From an uncultured Bacillaceae bacterium (lineage in GTDB: Bacteria > Bacillota > Bacilli > Bacillales > Guptibacillaceae), in assembly GCA_963739655.1 (NCBI GenBank), contig CAVUAW010000016.1:8318-72317 (forward strand): a stretch of 64,000 bases of DNA, written 5' to 3'. How positions within the stretch are numbered: the first letter of the stretch is position 1; each line of letters opens with the position of its first letter. The notes beneath the pieces are model-generated. The model did no database searches. It was not told the origin of the DNA and was given only the letters and a program-made list of their open reading frames with translations. This document shows positions 29,311 to 39,493 of this stretch, piece after piece. A program made the translations under genes and the position numbers.

Positions 29311-30132
29311 TTATTCTGTTTCCTTTTTCCACTGATTATCGATTAACATCTTACCTGGCCACGTGTAAGCCATGATACCACCATCAGCTGTAATATCTTC
29401 ACCTGTAACGTATGAGCTATCATCAGAAGCTAAGAAAAGAGCGACCTTCGCCATTTCATCAGGGCGTCCGAGTCTACCAAGTGGCGTAATCCACTTATTC
29501 GCATCTCTAAACTTCTGACCCATTTCTTCTTCTTTTGTCCCAGCAAGTTCATCGATTAATGGTGTTTCAATCGTACCAGGTGATAGAGAGTTCACTCTAA
29601 TTCCATCCCTTGCATAGTCGATTGCCATTGCTTTCGTGAAGTTTGTAATACCACCTTTTGCAGCATTGTATCCTGAACGATCAAGGTCTGCAGCTCTACC
29701 TGACATCGAAGAAGTATTGATGATCGAACCACCATGATCCATCATAAGTGGAAGTAAGTATTTACTTGTTAAGAATGTACCGCGCAAGTCTACTGAAATA
29801 ATACGATCGAACAGCTCGACTGGATACTCGTGAACCTTACCGCCTTCCTGATCAACTCCTGCATTATTAAATAGAATATCAATCGTGCCAAATTCTTCTT
29901 TCACTTTGTTAGCAAAACTCGTAACGCTATCTTCATTAGAAACATCAACGTGGAATGTTTTCACACTTCCCCCATCTTTATTCAGCTTCTCTGCGGTCTT
30001 GTTCATTTCTTCAGTGTTCACATCAGCACATAATACCGTTGCCCCTTCTTGTGAGAACAGCTCGGCCGTTGCTTGTCCGATCCCAGTTGCAGCTCCGGTG
30101 ATAACGGCTGTTTTATTTTGTAATCTACTCAT
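29311..30132 (-). CDS. SDR family oxidoreductase
   Basis: TGAATGIG, NNAG, YNAAKGG and PGTIETP motifs. Confidence 0.93.
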   Translation of the reverse strand: MSRLQNKTAVITGAATGIGQATAELFSQEGATVLCADVNTEEMNKTAEKLNKDGGSVKTFHVDVSNEDSVTSFANKVKEEFGTIDILFNNAGVDQEGGKVHEYPVELFDRIISVDLRGTFLTSKYLLPLMMDHGGSIINTSSMSGRAADLDRSGYNAAKGGITNFTKAMAIDYARDGIRVNSLSPGTIETPLIDELAGTKEEEMGQKFRDANKWITPLGRLGRPDEMAKVALFLASDDSSYVTGEDITADGGIMAYTWPGKMLIDNQWKKETE

Positions 30133-30319
30133 TTGTAAGTCCTCCTGCGCAATTATTTAAGTCTATTGTGTGTTTACCCACCTAAAGAAGAAAATAATCA
30201 TTTGTGATGTTCTGTTTAGAAAATGAATTTCATGGAAAAATATGGTCCTGGTGTAAAGTATTTGTCATATCTCATGATTTCTGACGGTGATAAAATGACT
30301 ATATAAGTAAGGAGGGATT

Positions 30320-30517
30320 TTGGTGTTTATATTAAGGATCCGGGAAGAGGAATCAGGAGATTTGGAGACAGAGAGTTATGATGTTCGCTACCAGGCTAAT
30401 GTAGCATTTAAGGAAAAAACACTCGCTTATTCGAATCGTTCAGGCCGTTATGAAATTTCGTTGAATCAACATTCAGGGGAAGAGATTTTATCAACCAAAG
30501 TAGGGCTTGGCTGGTGA
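30320..30517 (+). CDS. Small hypothetical protein (65 aa)
   Basis: Strong RBS AAGGAGG before TTG; own terminator at 30530-30564. Confidence 0.6.
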   Translation: MVFILRIREEESGDLETESYDVRYQANVAFKEKTLAYSNRSGRYEISLNQHSGEEILSTKVGLGW

Positions 30518-30529
30518 AAAACATACATA

Positions 30530-30564
30530 TTAAAAACCCCGTACTGTAAGTACGGGGTTTTTAA
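30530..30564. terminator. Bidirectional terminator
   Basis: ttaaaaaccccgtac-tgtaa-gtacggggtttttaa. Confidence 0.8.
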
Positions 30565-30568
30565 CGTC

Positions 30569-30697
30569 TTAGTGAGAAGAATGGAAAAGGTTTTGTTTAA
30601 CGGTTTTCCAATTCGGTTTTGGCGTATCTTTCAAACTCTTATAAAGAGAGTATCCAAGACCAGCAATCATCACGATGATAAAAAGAATCTCATTCAT
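30569..30697 (-). CDS. Small single-pass membrane protein, 42 aa (not in ORF track)
   Basis: Translated by hand: MNEILFIIVMIAGLGYSLYKSLKDTPKPNWKTVKQNLFHSSH; RBS GAAAGGGA; fills the gap between the yumC stop and the terminator. Confidence 0.6.
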   Translation of the reverse strand: MNEILFIIVMIAGLGYSLYKSLKDTPKPNWKTVKQNLFHSSH

Positions 30698-30721
30698 GTG
30701 TATCGTTCCCTTTCATGGACA

Positions 30722-31729
30722 TTACTTTTTCTTATCGAAAAGACTCGTGCTGTGAAGTGGCTGTACTTTCGCATCAGGGTCCATGTACGATTTTGCATTG
30801 TTAACTGCAGTAGGGGCTTCTCCAAAGCCAGAAGCGATCAGCTTGACCTTGCCGTCATATGTAGCCACATCACCTGCAGCATAAATGCCAGGTATATTTG
30901 TTTCCATCTTGGAATTAACCACAATTGAATTCTTTTCGATCTCTAGACCCCATTCTTTAATTGGTCCAAGAGAAGATATGAAGCCATAATTTACAATAAC
31001 CGCGTCAACGTCTTTCGTAATTGATTCTTCGCCTTTAACCTGCTCGAGAACGACTTGTTTAATACGTTCTCCGTCCCCGATAAACTCAGTAATGTTATAT
31101 GGCGTCTGAACGTTAACAGAAGAGTTCATAAGCTGTTCTACACTGTGCTCATGCGCTCTGAATTTATCGCGACGGTGAATAAGCGTTACTTCTTCAGCAA
31201 TGGGCTCAAGCATATTAGCCCAATCTACTGCAGAATCTCCACCGCCAGCAATGAGTACTTTCTGGCCTGCGAAGGCAGTAAGGTCATTCACGAAATAATG
31301 AAGGTTTTTCCCTTCGTATTGGTCTGCACTTTCTACTTTTAGACGACGAGGTTGGAATGCACCAACGCCAGCAGTAATAATCACCGCACGTGTATAGTGC
31401 TCATCTCCTGTATTTGAGCGAAGGTATAGCGAACCATCTTCAAGTTTCTTAACTTCTTCCACTGATTGCTCTAAAACGACTTCAGGATGAAACTGGTTTG
31501 CTTGCTCGATTAGATTTGTTACGAGATCTTGAGCGAGCACTTTCGGAAAGCCAGCTACGTCATAAATATATTTCTCTGGATAGAGTGCAGAAAGCTGCCC
31601 TCCAAGCTGAGGCATGCTTTCAATAATTTTCACGCGAAGCTGGCGCATGCCACCATAGAATGCAGTGAATAAGCCCACAGGACCTCCGCCAATAATCGTT
31701 ATATCATAAAGTTCTTGTTGGTCTGTCAT
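30722..31729 (-). CDS. yumC: Ferredoxin-NADP+ reductase (TrxB-like)
   Basis: [37 protein letters not shown] and [10 protein letters not shown] motifs. Confidence 0.95.
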   Translation of the reverse strand: MTDQQELYDITIIGGGPVGLFTAFYGGMRQLRVKIIESMPQLGGQLSALYPEKYIYDVAGFPKVLAQDLVTNLIEQANQFHPEVVLEQSVEEVKKLEDGSLYLRSNTGDEHYTRAVIITAGVGAFQPRRLKVESADQYEGKNLHYFVNDLTAFAGQKVLIAGGGDSAVDWANMLEPIAEEVTLIHRRDKFRAHEHSVEQLMNSSVNVQTPYNITEFIGDGERIKQVVLEQVKGEESITKDVDAVIVNYGFISSLGPIKEWGLEIEKNSIVVNSKMETNIPGIYAAGDVATYDGKVKLIASGFGEAPTAVNNAKSYMDPDAKVQPLHSTSLFDKKK

Positions 31730-31837
31730 AGTCAGTCCCCCTTAAATTTAATCGATGTGCTTTCATTATTATAATCATAATAAAAACGGAACTAAACCCC
31801 TAAGGCGAAAACACGTCTAGAAGTTTCATTATAAGGG

Positions 31838-31866
31838 TTGAAAAACAAAATAAAAAAGAATATGAT
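31838..31866 (+). promoter_or_regulatory. SigA promoter upstream of yumB
   Basis: TTGAAA-17 bp-TATGAT. Confidence 0.55.
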
Positions 31867-32107
31867 TAAAATTGAACGTCAGATATGAAAAAATTATGAC
31901 AATATACGGGCTAGATTTACATTTTTTTCGGTCTAGAACGTGAAATCTTTAACAAAGTCTCTCGTCTTTTTCTATTTTCTATTATTTTTTATTTAATGAG
32001 GGATAATATCCTTATAGTTAACGTTGATTGACGTTTCACGGTAGGGCAATCATGAGTTTATTAGTTGAGTCCTAAAAAAATACCGATAAAAGGTGGATGT
32101 GATACAA

Positions 32108-33310
32108 GTGAGTAGGCCAAAAATCGCGATTTTAGGTGCAGGGTACGGCGGGATTATGACAGCAGCTCGTCTCCAGAAAGAAATGGGTACTAACGAAGTG
32201 GAAGTGACGCTTGTAAATAAGCATGACTATCACTATCAAACAACTTGGCTTCATGAGCCAGCAGCAGGAACAATGCATCACGATAAAACACGTATCATGA
32301 TCAAAGATGTTATTGACATGAATAAAATCAAATTTATTAAAGACAGCGTTGTAGCAGTTAAGCCAGATGAGAAGCGGGTCATTCTTGCTAATGGAGAACT
32401 AGAATATGATTATCTTGTTCTTGCACTTGGCTTTGAACCGGCTACATTTGGTATTAAGGGTCTTAAAGAGAACGCATTCAGTATCAGAAGCGTTAACTCT
32501 GTTCGTAAGATCCGTGAGCATATCGAATATCAATTTGCGAGTTACAACAATGAGCAAAATCGTCGTGACGACCTTCTAAAGATCATCGTTGGTGGTGCCG
32601 GTTTTACAGGTATCGAGTTCGTTGGGGAACTTGCTGAGCGAGTACCAGAGCTTTGTAAAGAGTTTGATATCCCACGTGATCGAGTGAAAATCATCAATGT
32701 GGAAGCGTCACCAACTGTTCTGCCGGGATTTGATGAAGAACTCGTTGAATACGGTATGAACCTTCTTGAACGTAAAGGCGTTGAGTTCCGTACGAACACA
32801 ATGATTAAAGAAGTAACGGAAGACGGTGTTATTCTCGGTGAGAATGAAGAAGTGAAAGCAGCTACTGTTGTATGGACTGGTGGCGTACAAGGTAACTCCA
32901 TCGTTGCGGATTCAGGATTTGAAACGAACCGCGGACGAGTTCCTGTTCGTAAAGATCAGCGTACACCGGATTACGATAATGTTTTTGTCGTAGGTGACTG
33001 TGCTCTTCTAATCAATGAAGAAATCAATCGTCCATTCCCACCAACTGCACAAGTTGCGATTCAGGCAGCTGGAGCTGTATCTAAAAACTTACTGAATCTT
33101 GTGCGAGGAAAAGAGCTCGAGAGTTTTACACCTGACATTAAAGGGACAGTGGCTTCTCTTGGTGGAGGTGAAGCCATCGGTAAGGTCGGTAACAAGAAGC
33201 TTTACGGACGTACAGCTTCTGCGATGAAAAAAGTGATCGACAACCGCTATCTATTTATGCTTGGTGGACCAGGGCTTGTCTGGAAAAAAGGGAAACTTAA
33301 ATTATTTTAA
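32108..33310 (+). CDS. yumB: Type II NADH:quinone oxidoreductase
   Basis: [25 protein letters not shown] and GTVASLG motifs; start codon uncertain (GTG 32093/32099/32108). Confidence 0.92.
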   Translation: MSRPKIAILGAGYGGIMTAARLQKEMGTNEVEVTLVNKHDYHYQTTWLHEPAAGTMHHDKTRIMIKDVIDMNKIKFIKDSVVAVKPDEKRVILANGELEYDYLVLALGFEPATFGIKGLKENAFSIRSVNSVRKIREHIEYQFASYNNEQNRRDDLLKIIVGGAGFTGIEFVGELAERVPELCKEFDIPRDRVKIINVEASPTVLPGFDEELVEYGMNLLERKGVEFRTNTMIKEVTEDGVILGENEEVKAATVVWTGGVQGNSIVADSGFETNRGRVPVRKDQRTPDYDNVFVVGDCALLINEEINRPFPPTAQVAIQAAGAVSKNLLNLVRGKELESFTPDIKGTVASLGGGEAIGKVGNKKLYGRTASAMKKVIDNRYLFMLGGPGLVWKKGKLKLF

Positions 33311-33526
33311 GATCATCAGATAAAGAGGGCAAAGACATGACGTCTTTGCCTTTTTCATACTTTAATAACATATCAATTCAGAAGAGAAATAGCCTATAAG
33401 AAAAACGGAGGCTATCGCCATAAACAGCATGACGAGTAGCCAGGTTTTTCTAATCTATTCTAAAGAATAGGGGCTATGGTACAGCATATGAACGCTTGAT
33501 TTAGATTATGCAGGGGGGAAGGTCGA

Positions 33527-33997
33527 TTGAGTAAGAGAGGAAAGGTCTGGCTTGCTGCTGCTGGTATTGTAGAGTCAGATGGTAAATACCTTGTTGTTAT
33601 GAAGAAATACGGTGGATTAAAAGGACAGTGGTCCTTTCCAGCAGGATTTGTCGATGCTGGTGAAACAATGGATGAAGCTGCGAAGAGAGAAGTGTTAGAG
33701 GAAACAGGAATAGTTGCGGAAATCACTGGTATTGCAGGTATTCGATCGGGTGTCATTGATCATGACATTAGCGATAACCTCGTTGTGTTTCATATGAGAA
33801 TGATCAAGGAGACGCCAATGAGTGATACAAGTGAGATTTCAGAGAGTAAATTCCTATCCAAAGAAGAGCTTTTAGCTGATTCTAGAACCTCTTCTATGAT
33901 TCCATCTTTTTTAAATGGAATGAATCAGTTCATTACTGAAATGAATCCAGGAGATCGATTTGGCTACACATCCTATAAATTGTTATATAACGGTTGA
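33527..33997 (+). CDS. NUDIX hydrolase
   Basis: Nudix box GFVDAGETMDEAAKREVLEETG. Confidence 0.92.
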   Translation: MSKRGKVWLAAAGIVESDGKYLVVMKKYGGLKGQWSFPAGFVDAGETMDEAAKREVLEETGIVAEITGIAGIRSGVIDHDISDNLVVFHMRMIKETPMSDTSEISESKFLSKEELLADSRTSSMIPSFLNGMNQFITEMNPGDRFGYTSYKLLYNG

Positions 33998-34137
33998 AAT
34001 AATCAGATAGTAGACGGAATAGTCTGATATTTAAAGATGTATCCGCTTACACAGGCTGTCAAGGAGAAATTTGGGGGTTTTCTTTTTTAATGATTCTTGT
34101 TATATTATCAGAAAATTACAACAAAGGAGTGGTTGAT

Positions 34138-34278
34138 GTGAGAAGACAGCAGAATAAGATAAAGTCAACAGATTGCCCTTATTGCCAGGGAAAGGGGTAC
34201 TTTCAACTGCTTCTTGGTGGATCAGAAACGTGCGATAATTGTTCAGGGAGTGGCGCGAAACAGAATCCAACAAACTAA
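34138..34278 (+). CDS. yuiA: YuiA family small zinc-finger protein
   Basis: CPYCQGKGYFQLLLGGSETCDNCSGSG; GTG start after AAAGGAG. Confidence 0.85.
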   Translation: MRRQQNKIKSTDCPYCQGKGYFQLLLGGSETCDNCSGSGAKQNPTN

Positions 34279-34320
34279 GTGCGAAATGCACTTAGTTTTT
34301 TTGTTAGGGTCTTTTCTAAA

Positions 34321-34417
34321 GGCTCTTTTCTAAAAGATTGTTGCTTTTGAAATGATTTAAAAAAACTACACTTAGTGATTGGAGCGGAAGTCACCCCCTA
34401 CTCTTATCGCAACAATG
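34321..34417 (-). mobile_element. Degenerate core-less copy of the 29-kb MITE, inverted, far end eroded
   Basis: ggctcttttctaaaagattgttgcttttgaaatgatttaaaaaaactacacttagtgattggagcggaa is nearly the reverse complement of 42559-42626; the other TIR survives only as gcaacaatg. Confidence 0.75.
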
Positions 34418-34503
34418 ATGTTAGCTTATACTGTTCACTCCCCGTTCATTGACTAAAATGCGACAATCCAGTAAACTAACAATGATTACTCGGGGGTGAA
34501 TTT

Positions 34504-34821
34504 ATGGCAATTCCACAGCTGATCATTTCGATGTTGCTGTTTATTGTGCTTTTCTTTGGAATCGGCTTTTTGCTTAACATGCTACTGCGTTCGACATGGA
34601 TCATGGCGGTTGTATATCCTGTCATCGTCATTATGATTATTGATAACGTTTCATTTTTTCAATATTTCTCAACTCCCGGTTCTGCCTTTAAAGCATTAGG
34701 AACTGATTTTCTTTCATTAGGAAGTGCAGATGCGATTATTTTGGCAGCAGGACTTGTAGGGGCTGTATTTGCGGGTGTTGCGATTCGCATGCTGCGAGTT
34801 AGAGGATATCAGATGTTTTAG
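34504..34821 (+). CDS. yuiB: YuiB family membrane protein
   Basis: FFGIGFLLNMLLRSTW and LRVRGYQMF motifs. Confidence 0.9.
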   Translation: MAIPQLIISMLLFIVLFFGIGFLLNMLLRSTWIMAVVYPVIVIMIIDNVSFFQYFSTPGSAFKALGTDFLSLGSADAIILAAGLVGAVFAGVAIRMLRVRGYQMF

Positions 34822-34940
34822 AAGCTTCGCCAATAGCTGGCAGAAGCTTTTTTATTTGGGGAAATGTCTGCCTATTCCATCCATCATGAATAGCTTCACT
34901 GCTCTCTGGAAATGAATAGATGAGGAGAGGAGTGAAGAAC

Positions 34941-35540
34941 TTGCGTTTTTTGATGCTTATGGTAAAAGGCCTGTTTTTCACAGGTCTGTTTGCAGCCGCT
35001 TTGTTATCCACTTATTTATATCTATCGGGTGTATCAATAAACGAGTTTACGAAGTGGGTACTGCCGGATCAAAAAGTTTTAAGTTTGCAAGAAAGACCAA
35101 AGCTCGATGATTCTCGAGACTGGTCACAGTATCCTGTTCACAAGGTAACGGCAACGGGTTATACAGCTGGAGAAGAATCGACAGGGAAGTCACCTGATCA
35201 TCCTGCCTATGGCGTTACGTATTCAGGTGTCAAAGTAAAACGTGATCTCTATTCTACGATTGCCGCAGATACGTCCATTTTTCCGATCGGAAGCGTGCTG
35301 TTTATTCCCGAATACGGCTTCGGGGTTGTGGCGGATACAGGAAGTGCGATTAAAGGAGATCGAATTGATCTCTATTATGATACTGTTCAGGATGTTTATA
35401 ACGAATGGGGAAAAAAGACGTTGGATGTCTATCTCATTCAAAAAGGTGAGGGAACGTTAACAGAAGAAGCGCTAGAGGCGTTGAATGAAGAAGAGTCGAT
35501 GCAAGTTTTCAGGCAAGAATTAATGAGTGAAAAAGAATAA
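34941..35540 (+). CDS. yuiC: 3D-domain cell-wall protein YuiC
   Basis: [29 protein letters not shown] (3D motif); TTG start after GAGGAG. Confidence 0.9.
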   Translation: MRFLMLMVKGLFFTGLFAAALLSTYLYLSGVSINEFTKWVLPDQKVLSLQERPKLDDSRDWSQYPVHKVTATGYTAGEESTGKSPDHPAYGVTYSGVKVKRDLYSTIAADTSIFPIGSVLFIPEYGFGVVADTGSAIKGDRIDLYYDTVQDVYNEWGKKTLDVYLIQKGEGTLTEEALEALNEEESMQVFRQELMSEKE

Positions 35541-35564
35541 TATAAGGACCTAAATGATAATGGT

Positions 35565-35610
35565 AGACGAACAAACGACGGAGATCACTCTCTCCGTCGT
35601 TTGTTCGTCT
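35565..35610. terminator. Bidirectional terminator yuiC/cobalamin-binding protein gene
   Basis: agacgaacaaacgacggaga / tctccgtcgtttgttcgtct long inverted repeat. Confidence 0.8.
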
Positions 35611-35613
35611 TGT

Positions 35614-36417
35614 TTATTTATGAAGAAAGGTTTCTTCGCTTTCATAAGTAGGATACCGTTCCGGGTGAAGGATGGCCGCAAGTTTTATGAGCCCAGTCAG
35701 TAAGCGTGGGGAAGGTCTGCAGTATAACCATTCTTCAAGAACATGAATCGGTGGATCGTCAAGCTGGTTCCATCCTTGTCGCTTTGTCACAATGGATGGA
35801 TTCACTTTGTTTTTTCGAACACCGACCCAGGCGAGGCAAATAACATCGGGCTTTCGGTTCACAACATCGTTCCAATCCGTTTGAACGGATGCAAGCTCCA
35901 CATCATGAAAACAATTTCTAGCACCAGCAAGCTCACTAATTTCAGTAAGCCAGTTTGTTTTCCCGGGTGTGAAGATTGGTTTTGGCCACCATTCCCAATA
36001 AATATCTGGTTTATCAGAAATGTCTTCACTAATTGTTTTGTATTCATTTATGAGTTCTCTGAATCGTTTTGAAAGGGAAGCGGCTTCTCCTTGTTTATTT
36101 GTTAATTTGCCAAGCGTATCAATGTCCTGGCATATATCATCAAGAGAATTAGGATTTAGTACCGTATAAGAAAGCCCAAGACGATCAAGGGCTTCTATGT
36201 TTTTCTCCATCCCAGGGACGCTCAGCGAGGCGAGAATGAGATCTGGTTTTAGTTCCATCACGCGGTCCATATCGATTGAAAGGTCAGGTCCAAGTCGTGG
36301 TAAACGATTGATTTGTTCCGGCCAATCAGAGAAATCATCTACTCCTACAAGTTGATCCGTAAGATCGAGGTAGGCACATAGTTCTGTATTACTCGGACAT
36401 AATGATACGATTCGCAT
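35614..36417 (-). CDS. BtuF-like cobalamin/siderophore-binding protein (no signal peptide, no adjacent permease)
   Basis: MRIVSLCPSNTE, LVGVDDFSDWP, LKPDLILAS and RPSPRL motifs. Confidence 0.82.
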   Translation of the reverse strand: MRIVSLCPSNTELCAYLDLTDQLVGVDDFSDWPEQINRLPRLGPDLSIDMDRVMELKPDLILASLSVPGMEKNIEALDRLGLSYTVLNPNSLDDICQDIDTLGKLTNKQGEAASLSKRFRELINEYKTISEDISDKPDIYWEWWPKPIFTPGKTNWLTEISELAGARNCFHDVELASVQTDWNDVVNRKPDVICLAWVGVRKNKVNPSIVTKRQGWNQLDDPPIHVLEEWLYCRPSPRLLTGLIKLAAILHPERYPTYESEETFLHK

Positions 36418-36432
36418 CGTGACCCTCCTGTT

Positions 36433-36927
36433 TCAGGCAATTTGAAAAGCATAATAGAGAAGTAACGTTGAAATAATACCAAGCAGGCCACCAACGAGTA
36501 CTTCAATTGGTTTGTGTCCTAATAATTCTTTTAATTCTTCAATCTTTTCTCGTTCTTGTTTTTGTTGCCAGTTTTTCGCTTCAGAAACGAATCTATTGAA
36601 ATTAAGAACAAGCTGATTGAGTACGATAGCCTGTTCTCCTGTTTGTCTTCTAACTCCGGTTGAATCGAACATGACGATAATACTGAACATTGCGGCTACG
36701 GCAAACACTGGAGAGTCAAGCCCAGCTTCAAGTGCAACCCCTGTTGCAAGTGATGTCGTGGCAGCGGAGTGGGAACTTGGCATCCCCCCTGTTGCATTAA
36801 ACAACGACCAATCGATTTGTTTTGTTGCAATAAAGTAGATCGGTACTTTCAAAAATTGGGCAAAAAACACGCCGAATAGCGCTGCCCAAAGGGGGAAATT
36901 AAACAAAATATCCATGAGTGACAACAT
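36433..36927 (-). CDS. yuiD: Divergent PAP2/DUF212 family protein YuiD
   Basis: TGGMPSSHSA, MFDSTGVRRQTG, ELLGHKPIEV motifs. Confidence 0.9.
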   Translation of the reverse strand: MLSLMDILFNFPLWAALFGVFFAQFLKVPIYFIATKQIDWSLFNATGGMPSSHSAATTSLATGVALEAGLDSPVFAVAAMFSIIVMFDSTGVRRQTGEQAIVLNQLVLNFNRFVSEAKNWQQKQEREKIEELKELLGHKPIEVLVGGLLGIISTLLLYYAFQIA

Positions 36928-37211
36928 CTTCCTTTCTAAACAAGTCCTATGTGTGGTGTTCCCCAAGTTACTGGATTTCAATCGAGTGGTTAAGTGAAAA
37001 AGAGGTTATATAAAGCGTTGTGTGTAATGAAAATTATCAGTTTATTATAGCATAATCCTGATCAATCTGTCCGTTTCTCAAAAAGGGAGTAGAAAGTCGA
37101 TTAGAGGGAATATAGGAAGGGCATCAGGATTATCCATTGACACAAATACTACTCCGTGTTAACTTATTAGTGATTTACCAAACTAAAGTGTTGTTGAAAG
37201 GTTGTTACGTA

Positions 37212-38534
37212 ATGAATGCCGTTATTCTCGCTGTTCTAATCATGCTAGGGCTTAGCCTATTTCGCATACATGTTGTTATTGCTCTCGTTATCGGTGCTAT
37301 TGCAGGCGGGTTGCTTGGAGGATTGTCACTCGATGATACCATTACTGCATTTAGTTCTGGTCTCGGTGGGGGTGCTACTGTCGCACTGAGCTATGCTTTA
37401 CTAGGAAGTTTCGCCGTTGGTCTTTCACGAACAGGCTTACCAGAGCTTATCGTAGATCGTGCGCTCAATATGGTTAATCGCCGAGGAGACGATCGTAAGA
37501 AAGGTCTCGCTAAAGTTCTCATTCTATTTGTTATTTTGCTTATTTCTTGTTTCTCACAGAACCTTGTACCGGTTCATATTGCTTTTATTCCAATTCTCAT
37601 TCCACCGATTCTTCAAGTTCTAAACGAACTCGGAATCGATCGCAGAGCGGTAGCATCTGTACTTACATTTGGATTAACAGCACCTTATATTCTACTTCCG
37701 GCAGGTTTTGGGAAGATATTTCATGAAATTCTTCAGTCGAATATGGCTGACAGTGGGATGCAGATTGAATTATCTTCGATACCGACTGCGATGCTTCTTC
37801 CAACATCAGGGTTAGTTGTCGGATTACTCATTGCAGTGTTTTTCTCTTATCGTCGTCCAAGAACTTACAAACAGCTTTCGATTTCTCAAGAAGAAACTCC
37901 GGAGAAACATGTCTATTCCAAAAGGTCGATTATGTTTGCGGTCATTTCTGTTATCGTTACGCTTGCTGTCCAAATTCCAACCGAGTCAATGATTCTCGGT
38001 GCGCTTTCAGGTATCATCGTCTTGTACGTAACAGGTAGTATTCGATTAACAGAGTCTGAAGCGGTTTTGACAGAAGGTATGAAGATGATGGCGTTTATAG
38101 GGTTTGTGATGCTTGCAGCGAATGGATTTGCAGAAGTACTAAGACAAACTGGAGAAGTTGAATCTCTTGTCACGCAAGCATCAGGTCTCATCGGAGACAA
38201 CAAGGCACTTGCTGCTTTACTGATGCTTATTGTTGGTTTGTTTATTACAATGGGTATAGGCTCTTCTTTTTCAACGATTCCGATTATTGCAGCTATCTAT
38301 GTACCACTAGCGATGGAGCTCGGGTTTAGTCCAATGGCGACGATCGCTCTTGTCGGAACCGCGGCAGCTCTTGGTGATGCTGGTTCTCCTGCATCGGATA
38401 GTACGCTAGGTCCAACCTCTGGGTTGAATGCTGACGGGCAGCATAATCACATTTGGGATACAGTTGTACCCACTTTTCTTCACTACAACATCCCGTTGAT
38501 TTTATTTGGCTGGATTGCAGCTATGATTTTTTAA
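37212..38534 (+). CDS. yuiF: NhaC-family transporter YuiF (putative amino-acid permease)
   Basis: [50 protein letters not shown] motifs. Confidence 0.88.
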   Translation: MNAVILAVLIMLGLSLFRIHVVIALVIGAIAGGLLGGLSLDDTITAFSSGLGGGATVALSYALLGSFAVGLSRTGLPELIVDRALNMVNRRGDDRKKGLAKVLILFVILLISCFSQNLVPVHIAFIPILIPPILQVLNELGIDRRAVASVLTFGLTAPYILLPAGFGKIFHEILQSNMADSGMQIELSSIPTAMLLPTSGLVVGLLIAVFFSYRRPRTYKQLSISQEETPEKHVYSKRSIMFAVISVIVTLAVQIPTESMILGALSGIIVLYVTGSIRLTESEAVLTEGMKMMAFIGFVMLAANGFAEVLRQTGEVESLVTQASGLIGDNKALAALLMLIVGLFITMGIGSSFSTIPIIAAIYVPLAMELGFSPMATIALVGTAAALGDAGSPASDSTLGPTSGLNADGQHNHIWDTVVPTFLHYNIPLILFGWIAAMIF

Positions 38535-38661
38535 CAGAACACGAGGGTAAACCTCGTGTTTTTTTGGTTTTGGTTTCCGTGTCCTTTTTCAGCACATTCT
38601 ATTGAAGAAGAATGTCGCCGTTCTGTTACACTGAATAAAAAGAAGGAGGAAGGAGTGCCTT

Positions 38662-39258
38662 ATGTATTTTGGGAAAATGAAAGAAGAGAATAGTGACCGT
38701 CTTCCACCAAATCAGCGTCTAACAACTGGATGGCCAGTCTTACATGTTGGGGATGTCCCATATTATGAAAAGGATTTATCAAACTGGGATTTGAGGATCG
38801 GCGGATTGGTCGATCGTCCAACAGTGTTGACGTTTGAACAGCTTCTTGCTTTACCGGAAACTTTCCAAAGAAATGATATTCATTGTGTGACGGGATGGTC
38901 GAAGTTTGATAATGAATGGGAGGGGACTTCAACACGTACGATTGCCGAACATGTTGGCATTCGAAAAGAAGCGAAGTTTGTCATGATCGAAGCCGAAGAA
39001 GGGTGGACGACGAATGTACCCCTTGAAGATTTTCTTTCTGAAACAAGTTTGTTAGCACACAAACATAACGGAGAGACGCTAACACCCGAGCATGGCTACC
39101 CTTTAAGATTGGTCATTCCCCACCTGTATTTCTGGAAAAGCGCGAAGTGGATTAGAGCAATTAAATTTAGGTCAGAAGACCAACAGGGGTTCTGGGAGCG
39201 TAATGGTTATCACATGTATGGGGACCCGTGGAAGGAACAGCGTTTTGCATGGGATTAA
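38662..39258 (+). CDS. yuiH: Sulfite oxidase-like molybdopterin oxidoreductase
   Basis: RLPPNQ, DIHCVTGWS, EHGYPLRLVIPHLYFWKSAKW motifs. Confidence 0.92.
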   Translation: MYFGKMKEENSDRLPPNQRLTTGWPVLHVGDVPYYEKDLSNWDLRIGGLVDRPTVLTFEQLLALPETFQRNDIHCVTGWSKFDNEWEGTSTRTIAEHVGIRKEAKFVMIEAEEGWTTNVPLEDFLSETSLLAHKHNGETLTPEHGYPLRLVIPHLYFWKSAKWIRAIKFRSEDQQGFWERNGYHMYGDPWKEQRFAWD

Positions 39259-39493
39259 TAGAGAAGGATCCGAAGGACTGTCGAGGAGACAGTCCTTTTC
39301 AAATCAGAAGAGTTTCGAAATGACTCCCCTATATTCTGACAGGAATCTAGGACTTGATGTAGAATAATTTAATTTATGAAAAGAATGCACTAAATGAGAG
39401 GAACATAAGTGACTGTAATTAATTTCAGTGAGCTTTGAATAAGGAAACAAAACGTCTTCTTATCGCTACTTCGACATTATTAGGAGTGATTAA

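Noticed and set aside
28985-29335. 116-aa ORF spanning the MITE
   Set aside because: No transposase motifs; an open frame by chance through the GC-rich element and terminator
33363-33430. 22-aa hydrophobic minus-strand ORF (MLFMAIASVFLIGYFSSELICY)
   Set aside because: No RBS; too short to support as a type I toxin without conservation evidence
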